The notes below the pieces were generated by a model, which was given only the letters and a program-made list of their open reading frames with translations, was not told the DNA's origin and searched no databases. A stretch of 64,000 nucleotides of DNA, from contig NC_092680.1 in NCBI RefSeq assembly GCF_964355755.1, positions 21,399,045 through 21,463,044 of the forward strand, in the 5' to 3' direction. This document shows positions 13,871 through 25,360 of the stretch, piece after piece (position 1 is the stretch's first letter; each line of letters starts with the position of its first letter). The stretch comes from Antedon mediterranea (taxonomy: Eukaryota; Animalia; Echinodermata). Made by a program: the position numbers and the translations under genes.

Positions 13871-16199
13871 TTTGATTAGAGAGGTTGGATTTTCATTTTG
13901 AATTATAACATGGCCTAGATTGACAGTCATAAAAAAGAAAGTCATTGTAAATACTTCCCTTTATGTTGACAGAGCCAAAATAAAGTTTTGACCATTATCG
14001 AATGATTATTTGACAGTGACTTATTATAATACCGGCCTGGTTGACAGCAAAAACGAAGTTATTATTTATTAAACAAGATTTTACAGATTTCCGTCTACAT
14101 CTCAATAATACTGTATTATCAGCAAAGGCTTTCATATAGACTCTCTTCTCCCAGACGTTTTTTGGGTCCAGCAGCTACCTATAAATTATAGTCGAGTTTC
14201 CAAATTCACAAAACTGTCAGCCTTAGATACTAAAGCTACCGCTATGAAACAGCTTATTAATGAATGTGTCCTCCTGGGACATAGCTGGCTAGAGCCGCGG
14301 CGCGAAAAACAAACAAAAAACATACGTACTGCATAACTAAAATTGTTATATTAAATTTCTTTTTAAAAAACTGTGTTATTTACAATATCTTAAATTATTT
14401 GTTAGGTAATTGAAGAAGTTCGAAGGATACTAATTATTACTAGGCAAAGAGGAATGAAATACAAAAGAAAGCTTTTTAAAAAAGTGCTTAGCAAATTTTT
14501 CCAAAGAAGAGAATAATATAGTTTATTTTGGTATTTTAAAGAGAAACACCAGTCCTCCATCTGGTAAGTACAGTGTATGTTTTTGTACTTTTATCTATTC
14601 ATAAATAGTTTTATAATGGACCAATGGTAGTGAGGAAAATACGTGTACATATTGTGTACGTATTTTTAACAGCTTGGTTCGACTCAAGCTAGTGTCATGC
14701 ACTCCTCCCTTTGACAACTAAAATTAAATAAATGACTTATGAATATTAATTTTTGACATATTAATGCTCTCCTGGCCAGCCCACCTTTTCCCCTTCCTTT
14801 TACATTGACCACCTACAAAACTGTAGGCTACATTATTAAAAATTTGAGCTACAGTATATCAAGTTTATGTCCATACATTATTCCACTCATTTAAATAAAT
14901 TTATATAATATAATGTTTTCAATTTGTTATTTTTGGTTAGGTTCAAAGATAACCCATATGTTGTCAAATCTGTCAAACATATTTGTTGGGAAAAACTCAT
15001 CAAAAAAAGTCTGCCGACCTTGAAGGTATTTAGTGTTTTTTAAAATTTAAAATACAAGTAACATTATGTACATTAAAAAAAAATATCTTAAAGTGTTTTT
15101 TTAAAATCAAATTTATCTTAGCTTAAAATTCGAGGTATATACTATGTTTACAATAATTTATTAAAATCAAACAATTAAACAAAATTTACATTTAATTGTA
15201 TGATTGTTATTATAAACATTGATACGGAATAAAAACATCAATCAGGATTGAGCACCGTTTTGCGTATTGTCTTCCTAAATAGTAATATTAAAAATAAATT
15301 TAGACCCTAATAATTTAACTAAAAATAATAGATACAGCCAGGCCTGTCTTTGGGATCGGTATAAACAGGGCAAAGTTTGTGATTAAAAAGTTCAAATGCA
15401 TATTCCACCCACCCTTATGTCTTATAATGTAAAATTATTCTTACCACCGTTCTAATATTGCGTCATGTTTTTGTGTTTACCGCCCCAGATATAGGACTCT
15501 AAAACCACACCGTACCCAATTAGTTGATGATGTTACACATATTTTAAATACAGTAATAACTAAAACTATATTAATCTCTTTTCATTTTTAGGAACATGAA
15601 TAAAGATCCAGAATCCTGGTCTTCACGCCGATCAGGTAATATGCCGGTATTGCTTTTGGACACAGAAATGGCCTACATTAAAGTTTAGCAAACAATTCTA
15701 ACTACAAAGAAAGCAAAATTAGATGAGGCTCTAGTTACTCTCCTCTCCACTTTTTACCTTCTGGATTTCGATTATCCAAAATGAAAAGAAGTAGGCCTCA
15801 CTATCCTTTAACAGTTAGTGATTTGTGATGAAAACACACCTGTACACTTGACAAAGGCTGTTGAATCATCATTAGTATACATTAATAAATTTAAAGACAC
15901 CTAATAGTTAAAAGCCCAGGTGCGGGAGAAGAATTTTACAAAATTTGTATTTTATTTCTATTTTAATGTTTTTAAGTTTTCTTTTGATGGCATTTTATTA
16001 TTAATAAAAACAAGTTTGTTTTAAAGAAGTTGTATATATTATTGTACCTAATGTCATGTAAATTGTAGTTCTTAATGAAAATAACAGTATTGTTAATATT
16101 ATGTTTTATAACATTCTTGAATTTATTTGTTTAAGTAAAATATTACTTAAAATGAGTATTCATTTATCGTTCTTAAAATAAATTTTTAATGATTTATAT

Positions 16200-17610
16200 T
16201 TTATAGAATTCTTGTTTCAAGCAATTTTTTTCCCAATATAAGTAAGAATTTACGAATTTTAATTTGATAGAATTCTTGTTTCAAGCAATACTTTTCTTAA
16301 AATAAGTAAACATTTACTGGTTTTTATTTGATAGACTTCTTGTTTACTTATTTTAAAAAAAGTTTTGCTTGAAACAAGAATTCTACAAATAAAAATCGGA
16401 ATATTCTTACTTATTTTAAGAAATATATTGCTTGAAACAAGAAAACTAAAAATATAAATCGGAATATTCTTACTTATTTTAAGAAAAATATTGCTTAAAA
16501 CAAGAATTCTGAAAAATACAAACCGGAATATTCTTACTTATTTTAAGAAAAATATTGCTTGAAACAAGAATTCTACAAATAAAAATCGGAATATTCTTAC
16601 TTATTTTAAGAAATATATTGCTTGAAACAAGAATTCAAAAAATACAAATCGGAATATTCTTACTTATTTTAAGAAAAATATTGCTTGAAACAAGAATTCA
16701 AAAAATACAAATCGGAATATTCTTACTTATTTTAAGAAAAATATTGCTTGAAACAAGAATTCAAAAAATACAAATCGGAATATTCTTACTTATTTTAAGA
16801 AATATATTGCTTGAAACAAGAATATTAAAATTAAAAATCGGAATATTCTTACTTATTTTAAGAAAAATATTGCTTAAAACAAGAATTCTAAAAAATACAA
16901 ATCGGAATATTCTTACTTATTTTAAGAAAAATATTGCTTGAAACAAGAATTCTACAAATAAAAATCGGAATATTCTTACTTATTTTAAGAAATATTTTGC
17001 TTGAAACAAAAATTCAAAAAATACAAATCGGAATATTCTTACTTATTTTAAGAAAAAAATTGCTTGAAACAAGAATTCAAAAAATACAAATCGGAATATT
17101 CTTACTTATTTTAAGAACTATATTGCTTGAAACAAGAATTCAAAAAAATACAAATCGGAATATTCTTACTTATTTTAAGAAATATATTGCTTGAAACAAG
17201 AATTCTATAAAATACAAATCGGAATATTCTTACTTATTTTAAGAAATATATTGCTTGAAACAAGAATTCAAAAAAATACAAATCGGAATATTCTTACTTA
17301 TTTTAAGAAAAATATTGCTTGAAACAAGAATTCTATTTAAAAAAATCGATAAATTGTTACTTATTTTAAGGCAGATACTGCTTAAAACAAGAATGAAAAA
17401 AGCAATTAAATTCTTGGTAAGAATATTGTTCTTAAAGTATTATTTCTTGGTAAGAATAATTTTCTTGATAAGAATTTGTGTGATTCTTGTTAAGAATTTT
17501 ACGATTCTTGGTAAGCCAAAAAGTATTGAAATACGGACAAGTCAAAATTTACTTGTTTCAAGAAATATTTTGCTTGAAACAAGTTTTTTTTTTCTTAAAA
17601 CAAGAATCAG
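16200..17610. repeat. Right subterminal repeat array of the EnSpm element (63-bp units)
   Basis: The 21-codon periodicity of ORFs 16555-17644 equals 63 bp. Units at ~16200-16345 are in the opposite orientation to those after ~16346. Confidence 0.92.
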
Positions 17611-18103
17611 AATTTTGCTGTGTATAAAACATGTAAATATATAAGTCCGCTGCTTAATTTATATATGTGATTTAATGAGGCTAGACGGCTAGTGGAGTGG
17701 CCTGGGGTGTACTCACTCAGACATAGCTTCGCCTCAGTCAATAACTTGCGATCTTTTACCAAATTGATTATTTTCATACCTATAATAATTTACAAATTAT
17801 ATGATAAGGGTTGATGGGTGTAATATAAATTGATGGATAAGAGCCACGAAACAGATATAAATTAAATGCTTTTAAAGTAAAGAGACACATAGGATCATTT
17901 ATTATGTCTACTAAATCGAATCGTCAATGCGATTGTAGTTCATAGCACCATAGTATTCCATCGAATTAGATACATTTACAGAAGTAAGAAGAAGTAAGAG
18001 AAACTAAATAGAAATATTGAGACATAGGAATAATGTTTATTATACAATGTTGATGTGTATAGTATGCTCAGGTCTACTAACATTATTTTCACAATATCAT
18101 CTC

Positions 18104-18302
18104 ATGATGATAATGATGATGAATACCATAATGATGATGATGATGATTATCATGATGATGATGATAATGATGATTATTATCATGACGATGATGATAATGA
18201 TGATGATGACGATGATGATATGATGGATGGATGATGATGATGATAATGATGATGATGATGATGATGATGGATAATGATCATGATAATGATCACGATCATA
18301 AT
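18104..18302. repeat. Imperfect (GAT)n microsatellite
   Basis: atgatgataatgatgat... run; explains poly-M/I/S ORFs. Confidence 0.95.
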
Positions 18303-18959
18303 GTGACCAGGTTTGTGCTGATTGTGTAGACCTATGAGGTTCCTCCAAATCCAGGTCAGTTACAGTAGCTATTTTAAAAGTAAGCATTTGATATAAAAAT
18401 ACCAATGAGTTATTGAGTGCAAATTCGTGAACTTAAATTTCCGAAAAAGGTAACGCAGTCGACAGACCAGGTAGAGAAGTCTCACCTCAACGAGCAAAGA
18501 ATTCGTGGACTGTTAAGATGAATAGGGTGGTAAACCATGCAACTACTCCACGAGGCCTTGACAGCACCATATAAGGAAGACGTTGGGTCTTCTAAGTTAG
18601 ATGGATCGCAAACGGGTACGCTAATGCTTCTATAGCGTACTTCGAAGATATGCAATTTATTTATGTTATTTTACACAGACATTTGGTTTCTGTAAAAGCG
18701 TAAACAGCTATTATTTAAACTTTTAAACGATCAAACAACCCCTTGACATATTTTCAAAGACTATAATATTTAATAAGGCAAAGCAACACTATAATCTATA
18801 CCTGTATAGGCCTAGGCCTACCCAAAACATTTTAAAACATAATGCATCATCTGACTCCATCAACATTTTTGTTTCTCTACATGTATGCCTAAATATTCAA
18901 CTGTATTTTTTATGATTTCAAGTTTTGACTGTCATTTTTACATTGACTATGGTACCAAC

Positions 18960-19067
18960 CTTTGTGTTGCATACGGTATCTGTAGCTAGCTCAACGACAG
19001 CAAAATTTCCCTTCCCGAGTGTCTCATTTTCAATTCTATACCGTCCTATCGATTTCAGGTGCGTCAT
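18960..19067 (-). CDS. First coding exon of the AMPK-related Ser/Thr kinase (subdomain I, glycine-rich loop)
   Basis: Minus strand: gcaATG at 19067, with an in-frame TAG 15 codons upstream. 108 nt translate MTHLKSIGRYRIENETLGKGNFAVVELATDTVCNTK; donor AAG|gttggt, phase 0, joins exon 7911-7783 in frame directly before VAIK. TLGKGNFAVV is the SIK/MARK-type loop. Confidence 0.95.
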
Positions 19068-19199
19068 TGCTATAAACGTTTTAAATAAATAATCAAAATA
19101 CAGTCTATTCTACGAAAAACGACATAACTTTTATGTTTTTATTGCCAAAGTATACTTAAGGCATCTGCTCTAAACGTAACTAAGTTCCAAATGCAATAA

Positions 19200-19400
19200 A
19201 TACAAACATGTCACAAGCAACCAACACACATGGTAACCAACACGCGTTGTTGTATACGCACATGGTAATCAACACGCGTTGTTGTATACGCGCGCGGATT
19301 TTAACTGCGTCGTGAAGATGCGTTGATCGCAAGAGGGCGTTTGTTGGTCAGTGATGGACGGACGGAAGTATCCTTCAAATGATACTGAGATTATATTAGG
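19200..19400. promoter_or_regulatory. Probable kinase promoter region, possibly bidirectional
   Basis: CpG-enriched stretch directly upstream of the kinase ATG, with an ETS-like CGGAAGT (~19363) and a duplicated catggtaa(c/t)caacacgcgttgttgtatacgc unit. The start site is not observable from sequence. Confidence 0.45.
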
Positions 19401-20217
19401 TGAAAAAGATTTACATAAACTTTAATATCGGTGTTTGTATTAGCAATGAATTCACACTTAGCCAATTGTGTCGAAACAGCCAAGGTAAGAGAGTACGGCC
19501 GCGACAAATGGCACGTCCTCTTGAGTCAGAGGCATCGTGTAAAAGTAAACTTTGTTGAGATTAGGAAAACATCCAAAAGGACTGATGAACAATTGTTATG
19601 CCATCCTCGTATATTGACATTGTACAGAAATATATCATTCACTTAATGTTACGTTTCTTAGATTTACTAACCAAATTTTACTTAACGATAAACATTCATT
19701 ATACACACGTACCGTGATACTTGGGACCGCATCTTAAGATTACATAATGTAAATATGTCGGTTTCTAACGGGTCCCAAACCCGTCTAGCACGATGGGTGG
19801 CCACCCATCAGCGGTAAATATGTGATGGTGATTTCTGTCTAGGTTCATGTGATTAATACAACATCAAAATACCACATGCGACAATGAACTTCCGACTTGG
19901 TTATTTTGCCTAAATCATTTTGACATTATATTAACCCGTAAAAACGGATTAGTTCGAAACGGAAAAAAAAACATAATTGTGGTACACGGACTGGCAAGAA
20001 TGTTAGCGCCACCACCTCTGAGGATAATAGTTGGACCCGGTGTTGCGAAGGTTAAATTTATTTAGGCGCATGAACTGTTAATAGTTAATGTACTTATCAT
20101 GCACAAGAAGATGATCAAGCAATAATAACATTTAAAGGGCTACACATTATCGAATGATACAGATTATGACAACGATGTCAGCGAGCAAAATAAGGTTGTG
20201 TGACGATGATGATACAT

Positions 20218-20340
20218 CTTGGTTTCCACCTGGACGCAACGCAATCGAATCAAGTTGACCAATTACAAGCGCGCGATAGTTCGGATGTTCCACGCGCGCG
20301 TCATCCTTTTTGCGTCCAATCCAAGTGAAAACCAAAGCTT
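20218..20340. mobile_element. MITE family B copy (degenerate)
   Basis: cttggtttccacctggacgcaacgca...agttgaccaattacaagcg...caagtgaaaaccaaagct. Confidence 0.7.
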
Positions 20341-22526
20341 AAAGGAGGATTGTGGATCATCGTCGAAAATTAATATACTAATAATGCCCGAACATAAATA
20401 CAATTTTTATTTAAATATCTATTCTGAAGTCGGTCTAAAAGCCACATTAGAGAGAAACCGCTATTCATGTCTGCATTCCTCTTTCTAACCCGGGTGGTGG
20501 TGGTGATCTGGGGAGCATAATACACCCAAAATACAAACCAGGATTAGAGCATAAACTAGACTGACTGTTACTTTAATGAACCGACAGCCTAGATTATTGA
20601 TAGTTTACAGAAACATAATAATATTCACATTAAATTCTCGTTAGGAACTTTTCCGGAAACATGCCGTCCGTGGTATAAATTCCTCAATCAATCTTTAACT
20701 TGATTGAAAGAGGCCTTTTACATTTTTAGGCGCAGCCTAGGTATACGGTTGCTAAAGATCATTGAGTGCGCACGCGTATAAAAAGTGAGTAGAAATGCGC
20801 AAAGCAAGTCTACAATGTAATTTTGCGAGTAGAGCTGGCAGTAGTATTCAGAATTATAGCATTAAATCAGGAAATTGTAGGTAGAATAAACACTGAATAT
20901 TACAATGGTGACCTGGCTAGCACACGGTTTAAGTATACCAACAACACGAGTCATAAAAACAATATAAAAGATGTTTTTACTTAGCGCCAATAGTGTATTG
21001 ACACTATCCGTCTAAAAAGGTCAACAAACGGGCAAGCCATACCTGACCTACACTCTCTCATTGATGAATCACCAAATCAGGCTGCTGTAGATTACAAACA
21101 ACAAAACACACCATCATCTACACACAAGCATTTTGTGTTCATGTTTTCTAAATGTGGAAAATGTATTAGCACTGACCTAGTTTTCAATACGACGTTGTAA
21201 TGACGTCATAACGTGGTTAATATGACGCAACATACGTACGCGCAACGCCATTAATTTGACCAATCACAAGCAACAATTCGGATAAGGGACGAACACTTTT
21301 CTTTATGTAAACTTTAAACTGGTATAAATTAAACGGTAACCAATTGTCATTGATCATCAAACCCTAATGTTTTTTTTTATTATTACATTTTATAAATTCT
21401 CTGAATGGGACACGAAAGAGAAAAAAAAATTCTTTAAATGGGATTTAGGTCATCAAATGACGACTTTCCAGTGCACTGAACCGTAACTAACATTCCTTCA
21501 GCATGCCCCAATAAACTGGGTTTTTAATGTGTGAATGTGAAGGTGTACATGCCAAACCGTAATAACAACATGAACCCTGCCCAACATGATTTAATTTATA
21601 TCGATTTGGAATACCAATAACATTAAACAAATGTGATAGTATCATGCAGGAATTAGTAATTAAATCCGAATTCCTTGTATGTATCCCTTTAAAATGTTTC
21701 AATGTACTATTCGGGGCGCGCATACCATGGTAACAAAATCACGTCGGAAATATTCAACTAAAGGTAATCTTAGCGCCGTTATTTGGTAAACAAATTTGTC
21801 AATAACTTTGTCGGTGGATTTTCTTTCAACACTTTCCGGAAATAGCAATTTACCGGGAGGTATATTGGCTACAAAAATAAAATGAACAGTATTGGATGAG
21901 TTCACGTCAAGTGCATTTTACATTATGCTACGGTCCGACGACACAGAACCGTCATAGAGATGACGCGTTAGCGTCATGTAGCGACGAATACAACGCGTTG
22001 TAACGTATTGGTCTGCGCAACGTTTTCACTTTATAATTAAAGCAAGTACCCTGTAGCTTATTTTTAAAAACTAAACAATCTTAGCTACCTAAAGATGAGA
22101 CTATTTTATTTTGAATTAGGCCTAGGCCTACATATTTGTAACAAGTAGGCGGAATCTTCACAAAGGTGAAAATTACACACAATACAAGGACATGTCGGTA
22201 CAATGAGCGACATGGTTAAAATGTCACTATGAAAGGAATGCGGATACTTTGTGACAGTTTCTAAACGTATTAGTTTTAATTTTAGCTCGAGCTTGTCGAC
22301 ATTGTGACGACCTCAACCTTCATTTTGATTCACACAAATGATGTCATTTTTAAATACGATTACTATTTAATTATCGTATTAATAGAAACAGTCAACTCAT
22401 GGCTAGTTTAGGCCTATTAGCTAGAAGGAATAAATCAGAACACTCCAAACCAAACGACAGAAAGAGTAGTACAGTAGGCCTATTATACTACTATAGTAGT
22501 AGTAGGCTGGGTGAGCGCTTAACTAA

Positions 22527-22662
22527 ACTGGAGGACGGAACGACGCGAACGCGCAATGCAAACAAATGGATCAATGAAAAGCGTCAGTTCGGATCTGTCC
22601 CTGTGATTGGTCAAACCACTTGCGTTACGTGTACGTATTTGCGTCCTTGAAAACCAAGTCTA
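22527..22662. mobile_element. MITE family B copy (degenerate)
   Basis: ctgtgattggtcaaaccacttgcgttacgtgtacg...gcgtccttgaaaaccaag. Confidence 0.6.
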
Positions 22663-23277
22663 CTTTATACATTTAATTTAATTCACCCTAACGAAAGAAT
22701 CCATAAATCTGTATGTGAATGCGAGATTGAACCTTTAATGTTCGTCCTATATATTTTGGAAGGAGAGATCGTTTTTTTTTCAATGGTTTATGTATCAAGG
22801 TGTAGGCTAAGTACATTAATTCATCATGTGTACAGAGTGACTCAAAACAACATAAAACATGACTCACGTTTTTCTTCAATCAAACAATAATTTATTATCA
22901 ATATAGACCTATATTTATTTATATTAATGATGTGGTTTCAGATATGAAATGCGTACCTAGATAATTTGATCCTCTGTGTTTCTCGAGGCATAATTAACAG
23001 TGTAGCTCGGCTATACAAACGCTTGAGAACAAGATAGATAGATTCGTGTCTCTAGACTTTTGGTTTGTATTAATAAGCCTATAAACCCAGATGAATAGTT
23101 GACTACTGTATGAATAGGCTAACACTGTTTCGTGTCACAGGAATTTAACGAGAGCAAGTTCCTAAAGTAGACCTAATAGTCAAAAGCACTCAGTTTATAA
23201 GAACAGAGTGCAAACGTTATATATTATAGGTTAATGCTAGCACCGTGTCTTTCGGATCAGCAACAACATCTTTCTAA

Positions 23278-23420
23278 AGCTTGGTTCCCACGCAACGACG
23301 AAATCTCACCCTAAGTATAACTTAACTAATCACGACGCGGTGGATCCTCTGTCGGTTGTTGTAATTGGTCAACCCACTTGCGTTGCGCACCAGTTCTTGT
23401 GTTCCGCGAAATAAAGCCTA
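23278..23420. mobile_element. MITE family B copy (degenerate)
   Basis: TAA+agcttggttcccacgcaacg...taattggtcaacccacttgcgttgcg. Confidence 0.65.
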
Positions 23421-23673
23421 ATACGTATGGTGTAGCATAGACAGGTAGTCTGTATTATCTTATAATATATACAAATGCAACGTCACACCTATACCATCAA
23501 TATGAATCATTTTGTATCAGAACGTCGTAACCCAGAATATTGTTAACTTACTAATTATAAAGCATGAAGGATTAAAATATTAAGTCTTGGCATGACTTTG
23601 CACGACGATCAAGAGAATACGGTAGTAATCAACAAAATAAATGAATAGAAGAGAGCAACTAGGCATAGCATAA

Positions 23674-23831
23674 AGACTGGTTTACACTTGAACGCAACTC
23701 AAGGACGTACGCGCACCGCAAGTGTATGATCTATCACGCGGTGCGCGATACATTAATTGTCCGAACTGTCGCTTGTGATTGGTCAACTCATTTGCGTTGG
23801 GCCTACACGTCATTGCGTTGCGTCCAAGTGG
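23674..23831. mobile_element. MITE family B copy
   Basis: TAA+agactggtttacacttgaacgcaactcaaggacgtac...gcttgtgattggtcaactc...gcgttgcgtccaagtgg. Confidence 0.75.
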
Positions 23832-24234
23832 TCAGTTGTTTAAATGGTCATGTGCAATCATAGTATTAGTAAAGTAAGAAGTACTGGGATGGTAAATCAG
23901 ACTCGTTTGTGCGGGAGGAGTGGCGTACCCTCCACAAACATATCAATCAATCAATTTATTTGGAAATTGCACCTTTACATCGGTGGCACACACAGGAAGT
24001 GGTGCATCCATATTGAACACAATTAACATAAAATGACGGATACGGATACTTAAGCTAATTTGAATTAAAATTAGTACTCTATACTGTAGCAATATTTGTC
24101 TGACATGAGTTGATACATTTTAGTTAAATATATTTATATATATATAGGCCTACATAAAGAGGAAGTAGTAACAAAAATATTTGTTGATGAGGATATTAAA
24201 ATTATCATGATAGTTAATATTGAAATGGTTTCAT

Positions 24235-24316
24235 ATACAGTATAGTAATAACAATTATACATAGTGATACAAAATAATATATAAAAAATACATTCACATA
24301 AAATCATAAGTTAATA

Positions 24317-24353
<37 letters not shown>

Positions 24354-24590
24354 ACTATACTACTATACTTAACTTAAAAAGCCAAAAGAAAACGTTGGTA
24401 AGTAAATATATTTAATGTAAGGTATAGCCTGTTAATCATTACTGTATTTATAGTTCTACATTAGTAGTACCAGACTACTACAGTTTAGTGATAACAATAA
24501 TTATTAATACATGATACAAAATAATATATATATAAATACATTCACATTCACAAAAAAAACTTAAGTATACTATACTTAACTAAAAAAATT
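24235..24590 (+). repeat. Diverged direct duplication with an expanded poly(A) (24318-24348) in the first copy
   Basis: tgatacaaaataatatata..atacattcacat..(A)n..cttaa.tatactatacttaact occurs at ~24265-24380 and ~24510-24587. Confidence 0.7.
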
Positions 24591-25190
24591 CTTTATTTCG
24601 TTACTCTATTTACATACACACTTAGTGGAGTCTGGCCCAAACGCTAAATAAATGGAGATGGGCACCACCACGGCATTAGCTTATGTTTTGACTTTACCTT
24701 TACCTTACCCTTACCTATTAGTAATGAGATTGGCATGTTTAACTATAATATCACTGTTTTAAAAACATCGATAATTTATCTAATACAATGATGATTGTAA
24801 ACAGAATTGTAATTAATTACTTGTTGGTTTGATTGACAAGCGGTAGTGTACAGACATATTGCACCAATATTTATACTTGTGGAAACAGCGCCTCAAAATA
24901 CAGTCAAATACTGAATCCATACAACACCGACACTTGTTTACAAACGCTATCACTAAATACACACATAAATAACTCAACATTGTACAACCAACCAGTCTGA
25001 TTGTCTTTACTATGGTGGTATGTCACGAATACAAGATACAATTGAAGAGGTGGTTTGTTTCCTTATAAAATACATACGTCAATCAATCAAAATGATTGGC
25101 AACTGTCCTCTGATTGACATACGACACATATACATATTTAATAACTCTGGGCATCTACACAAATGAGGTCATTATCTTCGTTGTTTCTAA

Positions 25191-25360
25191 AGCCTTGTCT
25201 ACACTATCAAACTTTATGTGACAAAAAGATGTGTCCATAATGGTAGTGATATTGTCAAATGTGGTAGTGATATTGTCAAATATGGTAGTGATATGACATC
25301 ATCATGTCCATATTTGGACAGATAACATTTTTTTAACACATACAGTTTGATAGTGTATAC
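25191..25360 (+). mobile_element. MITE family A copy, near full length
   Basis: TAA+agccttgtctacactatcaaac...gtttgatagtgtatac; three internal tggtagtgatat repeats. Confidence 0.82.

Larger units (their letters stand above)
11696..15904 (+). pseudogene. Decayed multi-exon transposon accessory gene, SAMD3-like (putative TnpA-type second ORF)
   Basis: Candidate exons: 11696-11762 (MSKEDALLKIREIDEEVANILT); weak ones at 11924 and 14087 (FPSTSQ*YC...); 14406-14563 (VIEEVRRIL...SFLKKCLANFSKEENNIVYFGILK, with a 10-nt insertion and a stop); 14941-15025 (GSKITHMLSNLSNIF, phase 1/2); 15592-15904 (...LDEALVTLLSTFYLLDFDYPK*KEVGLTIL*QL..., three stops). The last three exons have AG/GT borders and compatible phases. 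AATAAA at 16003. The E-x-x-R-I and F-Y-x-x-x-x-x-Y-P...L-x-x-x-Q patterns recall SAMD3-like C-termini (recalled, not searched). Confidence 0.72.
10222..17622 (+). mobile_element. CACTA/EnSpm (CMC)-type DNA transposon, non-autonomous or decayed, 7.4 kb, in intron 1 of the kinase
   Basis: Termini CACAGCAAAATT (10222) and AATTTTGCTGTG (ends 17622) are inverted repeats, each flanked by TA (10220-10221, 17623-17624). About 1.3 kb of subterminal repeats at each end share a CTT(A/G)AAA(T/C)AAG motif. Internal decayed spliced gene; no transposase recognised. Confidence 0.88.

Noticed and set aside
11035-17644. Leu/Ile/Lys-rich ORFs resembling LRR or membrane proteins
   Set aside because: Translations of the transposon subterminal repeats.
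22048-22070. TACCCTGTAG match to the miR-10 5' end
   Set aside because: Only 10 nt match, and there is no complementary arm for a hairpin.
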